Positions 10,034 through 17,689 of a DNA stretch of 64,000 nt are shown one piece after another (position 1 is the first letter of the stretch; each line of letters begins with the position of its first letter). The translations under genes and the position numbers were made by a program. The DNA lies in NCBI GenBank assembly GCA_965662895.1, contig CBFIJH010000010.1, positions 4,563-68,562 on the forward strand, in the 5' to 3' direction. The notes below the pieces were generated by a model, which saw only the letters and a list, made by a program, of their open reading frames with translations, was not told the DNA's origin and ran no database searches. The DNA comes from Candidatus Poseidoniaceae archaeon (GTDB taxonomy: Archaea; Thermoplasmatota; Poseidoniia; Poseidoniales; Poseidoniaceae).

Positions 10034-10160
10034 AATATCACCTCATTTTGCGGCAAGCGCAGTATGTTCTTTTCTACGGAATCACGATACACACATAATG
10101 ATTCTCCCTTGACGTTTAGTAGGATTTTTATGTCTCGGAGGACATTTTATCCCTTCCTAT

Positions 10161-11129
10161 TCAGTCAACGCCGAGGTGTTTTCGTCGAAGAAGAGCGACA
10201 ATTCCAAGCACGCCAATCAGCGTTTGTGCACCAAGCGAAGGAAGGGCGGATGAATCATCCGAATCGGATGCTGATTCTGATGAGCTCGAACCGGAATCTC
10301 CGGAATTCGAATCTGTGCTCCCGCCCGATTCATCAACATCAATACTGAACGACGTGCTGCGCTCCAAGCCGTTCCCTTCTGAAGTCACGACGATCGTGAC
10401 ATCACAAGTGCTGGATGAATGTGCAGTCGAAGGGGCAATTCTGAAACTCACCTCAAATGGCTCATTCCCATTGAGACCTGTTGGTTGGATTTGGGTGTCT
10501 TGTCCTGCTTCAAGACCTTCGATATCGAGAAGTGGGCAACTGCGAACATCGGCTTCAATTGTGGTCGCAGCATCGACAGTGTTGCCCATGTTGTTGAGAA
10601 GAAGGGTTTCTTCAATCCACGTCCCTGCATCAACGTTGCTTGCCACCAGTGTTACTTCTGGGAAGAGATTGTGATACCGAGGAACGTTGAGATTCGCATC
10701 GATTTCTTTCGGCGATACGGGAGCGCCTGCTGCGTTTTCTTCTGCGGTAACTTTGATGGTTATTTTCTCATTTGGATCATGACTTCGCACATCGTCTGCG
10801 CTCGATGTCAAAAGATTGATCGAGAACGTTTCGTTCGATTGGGCACTGACTGTAATGGACTCTTCATAGGACGGTTCGAGGAAATCAATATCGCCATCAA
10901 ATTCGACAGCAATCGTGAGACTGAGATCGTTGACTCGTGGGTTATCAACGAAGAAGACGAGCGTATCCTCGATTTTCCACTTTTCACCATCAAGAGCAAG
11001 ATCGTAGCTCGGCTCGACATCAGAATCCCAACCAAATTCCCATTCATTGTTGCCAGGAAACTGCCCCGATGTTGATGGAAGCACAGCACTCACAAGAATC
11101 AGAAGAACCAAAACTGCTCCTCGTTTCAT
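10161..11129 (-). CDS. secreted Ser/Asp-rich surface protein with signal peptide and PGF-CTERM-like C-terminal anchor
   Basis: A signal peptide (MKRGAVLVLLILVSAVLPSTSG) is followed by a Ser/Asp-rich linker (DESGGSTDSNSGDSGSSSSESASDSDDSS). The protein ends ALPSLGAQTLIGVLGIVALLRRKH, that is, a TM helix plus basic tail. Confidence 0.6.
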   Translation of the reverse strand: MKRGAVLVLLILVSAVLPSTSGQFPGNNEWEFGWDSDVEPSYDLALDGEKWKIEDTLVFFVDNPRVNDLSLTIAVEFDGDIDFLEPSYEESITVSAQSNETFSINLLTSSADDVRSHDPNEKITIKVTAEENAAGAPVSPKEIDANLNVPRYHNLFPEVTLVASNVDAGTWIEETLLLNNMGNTVDAATTIEADVRSCPLLDIEGLEAGQDTQIQPTGLNGNEPFEVSFRIAPSTAHSSSTCDVTIVVTSEGNGLERSTSFSIDVDESGGSTDSNSGDSGSSSSESASDSDDSSALPSLGAQTLIGVLGIVALLRRKHLGVD

Positions 11130-12106
11130 GCTTCATCACCAAGAATTTCTCGAAGACTACGCTTTGTGAGAACTCGGACCATCGATTTACGATACCTTGG
11201 AGGCAATGCAGTGTTGTTGACTGGTTTAACAGATTTCATCACGGCTTCTGAAAGTGGATTGATCAACGTGCTGGAAAATGCTTCATCAAACGCATCAATC
11301 TCGGCTTGGTGCGATTTTGGAATTGATTCCAAAGCAGTCGATGCGATGCGTAGGGACGAAGGGGTGCCAGGAATCCATGACGAGGCCACACCGGCTTCAG
11401 GGAAATCCCAAGATTCCCGGATTCTCAGTTTTTTGTAGGACCCAATCCGATCTTCAACGCCCTCTGGGAATGTAACTTTGAGCACAAATTCACCGGTTTC
11501 AAGAACGTTGCGAGTTATGCCATCAAGCTGGAAGAATTCATCCACGGGGACCTCACGCTGCCCGTTTGGGCCAATAATGTGAATCGTTCCTTCCAGAACC
11601 ATAAGTGATGGAGCAAGGTCGCCCTGATACGTTGCAACACAGAGCGTATTTTGATTCGGAATGACGCGGCAATCCGAGCCTGTTCCACAGTCCTCTTTGT
11701 GGCACCAATCGATTGATCGTCGCCAGTCTTCGCTTTGGTTGAACCAGAAACACCGCGTATCCAAACAGATGTTTCCACCGAGTGTAGCATTGTTTCGAAT
11801 TAAGGACGAGGCGATTTTGCTTGCTGCCTTCGCAATGAGAGGATGAACTGCATCGGACGAGGTCAATGCTCCCAATCGAGCCATAGCACCGATTTCATGC
11901 ATTGAAATCGTATCGATTCCATCGATTTGAGCGAGAGATATAACGTGTTTCTTCACGTTGATGTGCCACTTGTAATTCGGCAACAGGTCGGTTCCTCCTG
12001 CAACCCAATCGAACGCTTCCTCATTTGCTAGGAAGGTTGCGGCAAGTTCGCATGCCTCCTCAACAGTTTTCGGATGATGCAAATTAAAAGGTGGCATCAG
12101 CATCAT
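11126..12106 (-). CDS. FAD-binding medium subunit of molybdopterin dehydrogenase (CoxM/XdhB family)
   Basis: 326 aa. A FAD-binding PCMH-type N-terminus is present (AGGTDLLPNYK...ATLGGNICLDTRCFWFNQ). Its start overlaps the large-subunit stop. Confidence 0.8.
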   Translation of the reverse strand: MMLMPPFNLHHPKTVEEACELAATFLANEEAFDWVAGGTDLLPNYKWHINVKKHVISLAQIDGIDTISMHEIGAMARLGALTSSDAVHPLIAKAASKIASSLIRNNATLGGNICLDTRCFWFNQSEDWRRSIDWCHKEDCGTGSDCRVIPNQNTLCVATYQGDLAPSLMVLEGTIHIIGPNGQREVPVDEFFQLDGITRNVLETGEFVLKVTFPEGVEDRIGSYKKLRIRESWDFPEAGVASSWIPGTPSSLRIASTALESIPKSHQAEIDAFDEAFSSTLINPLSEAVMKSVKPVNNTALPPRYRKSMVRVLTKRSLREILGDEA

Positions 12107-14907
12107 TGATCACCTTCCATCTGTCGTTGTTCTTTCTTCAACCAAGCCTTTCCTGCAAGACCGAGTTCTGCCAATTGTTCTGGAACTGGTTCAACTGCGG
12201 ATTTCCATCCTTCAACCTGGTCCTCGAGTGGTTGATTGGGGTCAAATCCGAACAATACGCCGTTTACGTAAGCAGTGGTATCTTCGCTTCGTTGCCGGCG
12301 ACGGTCCCGCTCTTTGTGCTCTGTACCACGTTCGACCAAGGTTGCTTGAAGAGGACTGTGCTCAAGTCGAGGCGTGGGCAATTCTGCCTCATCAATACCA
12401 CCAAGTTCCTTGGTTTTCGCCGATATTGCTTTCCACACAACGTCTGGTGTAAGCGGTAGGCTTCGAATTCGGACACCAATCGCATCGTAGACAGCGTTGA
12501 CAACAGCCGGTAGAATCGGTAAGAGTGGTCCTTCGCCCGCTTCTTTTGCTCCGAATGGCCCTTCCGGATCGGAGGATTCGACAATGATTGGCGTCACGTG
12601 AGGCATTTCATGAACGGATGGAATTTTGTATTCTAGGAGATTTGGGTTTTGAAGGTGACCTGTTCGACCATACACCATTTTCTCCGAAAGCACCTGCCCC
12701 AATCCCATGTGACACGAACCAATAATCTGGCCTTCAACTGCAAGCGGATTCAACGCTTTTCCACAATCGTGAGCAGCCCAGACATTCGTGCACGAGACCA
12801 AACCGGTTTCGACGTCGACATCGACTTCAGCAACATACGCTGAAAAGGAATATGCAGGGGCGAGGCCAGCCGCAGCACCTTTGTGCACACCACCCATCGG
12901 TGGAGAGCGATATGCACCGCTCGAAATCAAGGAGCCTTTGTCCTCTTGTGCCTTGTGCAGTGCTTCAAGGTAGGAAACTCCAACGGCAGGGTCGTGTTTG
13001 TAATAGATTCGCCGATCGTTCAAGACCAGAACATCTGGGTGGTAACCCAGTATTTCCCACGCTGCGTTGAGAAGCTTTTCGCGAATGTCAAGCGCAGCAC
13101 GAATTGCTGCATTTGCGTTCATGAAGGTGACTCTGCTCGAATAGGAGCCGAGATCTACCGGACTGGTATCGCTTTCGTGAGAACGGACGTGAATCATCTC
13201 AATTGGAAGTGCGAGGACCTCGGAGACAACTTGAGCCACCGCTGTTGTCGAACCTTGACCGATATCAGCTGCGCCTGTATGAACAGTGACTCCACCGTCC
13301 ATGTCAATTTGCATGTGAACTGTGGCATGAGGGAAACGGTTCGGGTCCCAGTGAATAGGAAGACCCGACCCTGAAATGAAGAAACCACAACCAATTCCTA
13401 TGCCCTTTCCAAGAGGCAATTGACGGAATTTCTCATCCCAATTCGAACCTTCTCTCACTCGTTCAAGCGCCTCCCTCATCCCGTTTGAGGTGATGCGGAA
13501 ACCTGAGATGGTTCGGCTGTGTGGTGGCAACAAGTTTGCAAGACGCAAATCGATGGGGTCAACCTGCATTTGTTCTGCCATTTCATCGAGACCCACTTCA
13601 ACAGCACATCGCGTGTTGACTGCTCCATGGCCTCGCATGGCTCCACTTGCAGGTTTGTTTGTCCAAACTCGAGCACCCGTGTAATGGAACGAACCAAGTT
13701 CATATGGAGCGGTTGCGAGAACGCCGTTGTAATAGGATGTGACGTGTCCGAAGGAAGCAAAACCACCTCCATCGATCAATGCATCGATATCAAAGCCCGA
13801 TATTCGAGCCTCTTCGTCAGCTGTCATCTTCACTTCGATGTAACTTGGATGACGTCCACGATTAATCCAATAGACCTCTTCTCGTGTAAAGTTGATTCGA
13901 ACTGGACGTCCTGCCTTTCGAGAGAGAATTGCAGCACACATCTCGTGTGGGAATGGGTCCGATTTTCCACCAAAACCTCCGCCAACGAAGGTTCGAATGA
14001 CGTTGATTTGATGCATTGGAACTTCAAGCACAGTCGAAAGTGCTCGATGCGCATAGTGAGGAACTTGCTGGGGCGTGTACAGTTGAAGTCGTCCGTTCGG
14101 GTCCCAATGAGCGACAACAGCATGAGGTTCTGTGAATCCATGATGGACACCCTCCATCCGCCATTTTCCATGCGATGATGCGGTTGGATCGTCAACCAAA
14201 CTGCGATCACCAAATTCTTGGAAAACCCGCTTTTGGACGTTGGTTGTACCGACGTGGTATTTTCCACGCCAGTGAATCGGTTCGTCTTGATCTTCAAGTC
14301 CTTTTCGCGGGTCGAAAATAGGATCGAGAACTTCCCATTCAATTTCGAACAGATTGAGCGCTTCCATTGCAGTTGCCTCATCGATAGCTGCAACACATGC
14401 GACTAAATCCCCTACGTGACGAACTTTCTCAACCGCCATTGCATGCTCGTCTTTGGTCACTGGAAGAACTCCGAACGTATTCGGCGCATCCGCTCCAGTG
14501 GCGACAGCTAAGACGCCCGGCAAGGCTTCAACTTTGGACGTATCAATCGACTTGATCTTTGCATAATGATGCGGAGAACGTAGAATTTTTCCAATAATCT
14601 CATTCGGTAATCGAACATCATCCCCGTACCATGCTTGCCCTGTCACTTTGGCGTGCGAATCGACCAAAGCACGAGGCTTTCCGACTTCCGTTCCCGTTCG
14701 GTATCGGTCATGGATGTGTGAACCTGCGGGTTGGGGTTCTTTTCCTCCAACAGATTCAGGAATCGAGTCAAGGTCTCGAGGAGCCATGTTTGGTCGAGAA
14801 CCTCCAGAACCAGGTGGCGGGAATTTCTGTTTCCCTGCAACACGCTTTCCATCCTTTCGGGTCTCACCCGAGGATGCGCCTGGCTGTTGTCGGTAACCCC
14901 CTGCCAT
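12103..14907 (-). CDS. molybdopterin-binding large subunit of xanthine dehydrogenase/CO dehydrogenase family (CoxL/XdhA-like), with Gly/Pro-rich N-terminal extension
   Basis: The conserved start GKPRALVDSHAKVTGQAWYGDD is present, along with GGGFGGK and a long Moco-binding domain. I placed the start at the ATG at 14907, 4 nt after the CoxS stop. The ORF-track extension to 15129 overlaps coxS in another frame. Confidence 0.8.
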   Translation of the reverse strand: MAGGYRQQPGASSGETRKDGKRVAGKQKFPPPGSGGSRPNMAPRDLDSIPESVGGKEPQPAGSHIHDRYRTGTEVGKPRALVDSHAKVTGQAWYGDDVRLPNEIIGKILRSPHHYAKIKSIDTSKVEALPGVLAVATGADAPNTFGVLPVTKDEHAMAVEKVRHVGDLVACVAAIDEATAMEALNLFEIEWEVLDPIFDPRKGLEDQDEPIHWRGKYHVGTTNVQKRVFQEFGDRSLVDDPTASSHGKWRMEGVHHGFTEPHAVVAHWDPNGRLQLYTPQQVPHYAHRALSTVLEVPMHQINVIRTFVGGGFGGKSDPFPHEMCAAILSRKAGRPVRINFTREEVYWINRGRHPSYIEVKMTADEEARISGFDIDALIDGGGFASFGHVTSYYNGVLATAPYELGSFHYTGARVWTNKPASGAMRGHGAVNTRCAVEVGLDEMAEQMQVDPIDLRLANLLPPHSRTISGFRITSNGMREALERVREGSNWDEKFRQLPLGKGIGIGCGFFISGSGLPIHWDPNRFPHATVHMQIDMDGGVTVHTGAADIGQGSTTAVAQVVSEVLALPIEMIHVRSHESDTSPVDLGSYSSRVTFMNANAAIRAALDIREKLLNAAWEILGYHPDVLVLNDRRIYYKHDPAVGVSYLEALHKAQEDKGSLISSGAYRSPPMGGVHKGAAAGLAPAYSFSAYVAEVDVDVETGLVSCTNVWAAHDCGKALNPLAVEGQIIGSCHMGLGQVLSEKMVYGRTGHLQNPNLLEYKIPSVHEMPHVTPIIVESSDPEGPFGAKEAGEGPLLPILPAVVNAVYDAIGVRIRSLPLTPDVVWKAISAKTKELGGIDEAELPTPRLEHSPLQATLVERGTEHKERDRRRQRSEDTTAYVNGVLFGFDPNQPLEDQVEGWKSAVEPVPEQLAELGLAGKAWLKKEQRQMEGDQ

Positions 14908-14911
14908 GAAA

Positions 14912-15514
14912 TCACCTCGCATGTCCTGGGGGCATCGACGGTTCATCTGGCCCTTCAGGATGTGGATTTGGATGCGGGTCAGTTGCAGGCGCAGGTGCAG
15001 GCGCATCACCACGTTTGATTTCTGCTGCTGCTTCAATCGAATCGAGAATCTGTTGATATCCCGTGCAACGGCAAAGATTTCCTTCGATAGCACATGCGAT
15101 TTCTTCTCGGGTTGGATTTTCATTTTCATTGAGAAGCGCCTCAGCGCTCATGAGGAATCCGGGAGTGCAAAATCCACATTGTGAACCACCATGTGTTGCA
15201 AAACAGGTCTGGATTGGAGCAAGATGGGCGCCGTCGGCAAGACCTTCAACAGTTGTAATTGCTTGCCCTTCGACTTGACCAGCAAGGCAAAGACACGACA
15301 GTCTCGGTTCACCATCAATCATCACTGCACAACAGCCACAGGTGCCCAAATCACAACCGCGTTTGACACCAAGCATTCCGACTTCGTCTCGCAACACATC
15401 AAGAAGAATTGCATTTGTTGGTGCAATGGCTTGGACCTCTTGACCGTTCACGACTGCAGACCATATGGACTTTGGAGCGGAAGGGATCATTGTGACGTGT
15501 TCTTTTCCAACCAT
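14912..15514 (-). CDS. [2Fe-2S] small subunit of molybdopterin dehydrogenase (CoxS family) with Pro-rich C-terminal tail
   Basis: The two Fe-S cysteine clusters are present (GCDLGTCGCCAV and CGFCTPGF...CRCTGY). The C-terminus is APAPAPATDPHPNPHPEGPDEPSMPP. The start may be 15514 or 15490. Confidence 0.85.
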   Translation of the reverse strand: MVGKEHVTMIPSAPKSIWSAVVNGQEVQAIAPTNAILLDVLRDEVGMLGVKRGCDLGTCGCCAVMIDGEPRLSCLCLAGQVEGQAITTVEGLADGAHLAPIQTCFATHGGSQCGFCTPGFLMSAEALLNENENPTREEIACAIEGNLCRCTGYQQILDSIEAAAEIKRGDAPAPAPATDPHPNPHPEGPDEPSMPPGHAR

Positions 15515-15580
15515 ACAACGCACCTGTGTTAACCTTGAGAACTCCGTCTATGAATGTAAGGATTCACTCCACTGCAACGA

Positions 15581-17584
15581 TTATGCCTTTTCATCCCAGA
15601 ATGGATTCTCTGACAGGTCTGAATCAACAGCATCAACAATTTGCGCATCAAGATAGGACTTGAGGCCTTTACCAGCGAGGCTGCCTTCTTCGCGTGATGA
15701 AATGGTCGAAACCAAAAGAAGAACGACGAGGAAGAGGAGAATTCCAGCAACAGAAAAACCGACGATGGCGCCTGTGGAGAATCCGTCTTCTGACGCAGGC
15801 ATCACCGGGCTCGTATCGTCACTCATCACCATGATTTCTGCAGTTACAAGTGGTGATGCTGAGGTTGTGCCATCTTGGTACTGGACGCCGCGCAGTGAAA
15901 TCGTATGGTTGCCCATGATGGCAATGCCGGGCAAATGCTCGATTTGGTGAATGATGTCAATGATCGACAACTCACCTGTCGGCGATCCTGGTTCGTAGGT
16001 GTGAATGTTTGACCAATCATCGCGAAGATGATTGCTTCTCCATTGCACTGTTTCCATGTCCTCACTCACCTCAAAAGAGATGCTATCTCCACGCTCAAGA
16101 TGGATTCGGTTGTCAAGCGTTGTCGGCGTTGAAATCGTTACACTAAGGTTCGAATTGAACACATAATCACGTTCTGCAGCTTCAAGAAGCGCGTCAAGTG
16201 CACGAACTTCTCCGTGTCCGTATACGTTGTTTTGTCGATTCTTTGGAATCAAATCTTCAGCACAAGGCTCGTTGGCAGCCATGTAGTGACATTGGCGGTA
16301 TGTCGCTGTTTCTTGCATAATATTGCGAATGTCAAATGGCGAGAGGTCTGGATTTGCTTGCAACATGAGCGCAGCTACGCCAGCAGCCCCGGGTGTTGCC
16401 ATGCTGGTACCACTGAATGCGACATAACCATCACCGGTATTGTGGGCCACTGACATGACGTCTGAGCCTACATAGGCGATGTTTGGTTTAATTCGACCTT
16501 CTTCTGTTGGACCTTGACTGCTGTAAATGGCAATGCTTGAGTCTTTGTCCAAAGCTCCGACTGTGATGGCATCTTCTGCGCTTCCGGGAGTACCGATTTG
16601 AGCAGAGAAAGCGCTGTTTCCTGCTGCAATGAAGAGCGCGATGCCGGCGCGAACCATCTCGTTTGCATAACGGTTCACGCTGTCCTCTTCAGAAGATGTC
16701 CATTCGATTGCACCGGGGCCTCCAAGGCTCATTGATGCAGCGCGAATGTTGAATTCGTATCGCTTCTCAACGGTCCATTCCATTCCGGCCATGACAGTGG
16801 CAAACGAACCGCTTCCACCAGAATCGAGGACCTTAACACCAACCAACGAGGCTTGTGGAGCCATGCCAGGATGTTCGTAAGTTGGTGCACCAGTTCCTGC
16901 AGTCGTTCCAGCACAGTGCGAACCATGGCCTTGGTCATCGTAAGGGTACACCTCGGTACCGTTGGTCAGGCTAGGATTGTTGACTGGATCGTAGAAGGCG
17001 ATGACTTTCGGATCGTATGTGGCAGGATCATCATCTTGGTCGTCAAGACTGGAATGATTGCCATCGATTCCTGTGTCGATAATCGCTACTGTCGTTCCAG
17101 AACCGTCGTATCCTGTTTGAGCCCATGCGGTATCAACTCCATGAAGCACAGCAGCATCACCGTTTGCAACCGTCAAAATTCCATCAAGTTCGAGCATAAC
17201 AACCCCAGGTAACTGAGAAGTTTCGAGAACATTGCCTACCGGAACACGACCTGCAAGGGCATCAATTCCCTCAAGCGTCCATTGGTGTCGATAGTCAACA
17301 TGTTCTTGCAGCATTGCAATCTCTGCATCACCAGGCGTAAACGAGAAATCGATGATGAGTGGAAGCGTCTTTTCATCATCGAGGAAGAGTGGATTCTTTT
17401 GGTGCACCTCGATCATGTCACCGATTCCGTTTCCGTCTCGGTCGACGGTCGTCTCTACCCACCAGCCTTCTTCTTCCGATTCTTCAGGGGTTGCAACAGG
17501 TACTGTGGCCAAAACTGTCGGAAGTACAAACATGGCCAGACAGAGAATTGGTAACGTCAAACGTGGCATCTTCATACGGCTCAT
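15581..17584 (-). CDS. subtilisin-like serine protease (peptidase S8) with signal peptide and C-terminal TM anchor plus cytoplasmic tail
   Basis: The Asp/His/Ser triad motifs are present (VAIIDTGIDGNH, HGSHCAGT, GTSMATPGAAG). There is an N-terminal signal peptide and a C-terminal hydrophobic segment (AGILLFLVVLLLV). Confidence 0.85.
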   Translation of the reverse strand: MSRMKMPRLTLPILCLAMFVLPTVLATVPVATPEESEEEGWWVETTVDRDGNGIGDMIEVHQKNPLFLDDEKTLPLIIDFSFTPGDAEIAMLQEHVDYRHQWTLEGIDALAGRVPVGNVLETSQLPGVVMLELDGILTVANGDAAVLHGVDTAWAQTGYDGSGTTVAIIDTGIDGNHSSLDDQDDDPATYDPKVIAFYDPVNNPSLTNGTEVYPYDDQGHGSHCAGTTAGTGAPTYEHPGMAPQASLVGVKVLDSGGSGSFATVMAGMEWTVEKRYEFNIRAASMSLGGPGAIEWTSSEEDSVNRYANEMVRAGIALFIAAGNSAFSAQIGTPGSAEDAITVGALDKDSSIAIYSSQGPTEEGRIKPNIAYVGSDVMSVAHNTGDGYVAFSGTSMATPGAAGVAALMLQANPDLSPFDIRNIMQETATYRQCHYMAANEPCAEDLIPKNRQNNVYGHGEVRALDALLEAAERDYVFNSNLSVTISTPTTLDNRIHLERGDSISFEVSEDMETVQWRSNHLRDDWSNIHTYEPGSPTGELSIIDIIHQIEHLPGIAIMGNHTISLRGVQYQDGTTSASPLVTAEIMVMSDDTSPVMPASEDGFSTGAIVGFSVAGILLFLVVLLLVSTISSREEGSLAGKGLKSYLDAQIVDAVDSDLSENPFWDEKA

Positions 17585-17680
17585 GTTTAGGCCAAGAATT
17601 CCTAAGGTTTGAACTCTTTCAATCCGAGTGTTAAAAATTCAATCTGAAATGCTACTTGGGGTATTAATGCTGGGTGTTGT

Positions 17681-17688
17681 TTTATATC
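17681..17688 (+). promoter_or_regulatory. candidate TATA box (tttatatc) for the giant membrane protein gene
   Basis: It is an AT-rich octamer about 30 nt upstream of the first ATG (17717). It lies in the divergent intergenic region between the subtilase and the membrane protein. Confidence 0.3.
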
Positions 17689-17689
17689 C

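Noticed and set aside
10034-10160. 127-nt intergenic region checked for tRNA, ncRNA or a terminator
   Set aside because: There is no cloverleaf-compatible complementarity and no strong stem-loop. It is likely just the promoter region of the MoxR-operon membrane protein.
13476-14406. Several 60-220-aa ORFs on both strands inside the CoxL gene
   Set aside because: They are nested in or antisense to a strongly conserved coding region and have no motifs.
14908-15129. ORF-track extension of the CoxL large subunit to 15129 (1008 aa), overlapping coxS by ~220 nt
   Set aside because: The overlap is in a different frame and covers a conserved gene. An ATG at 14907, 4 nt after the coxS stop, gives a sensible start. 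A read-through fusion is excluded because the frames differ.
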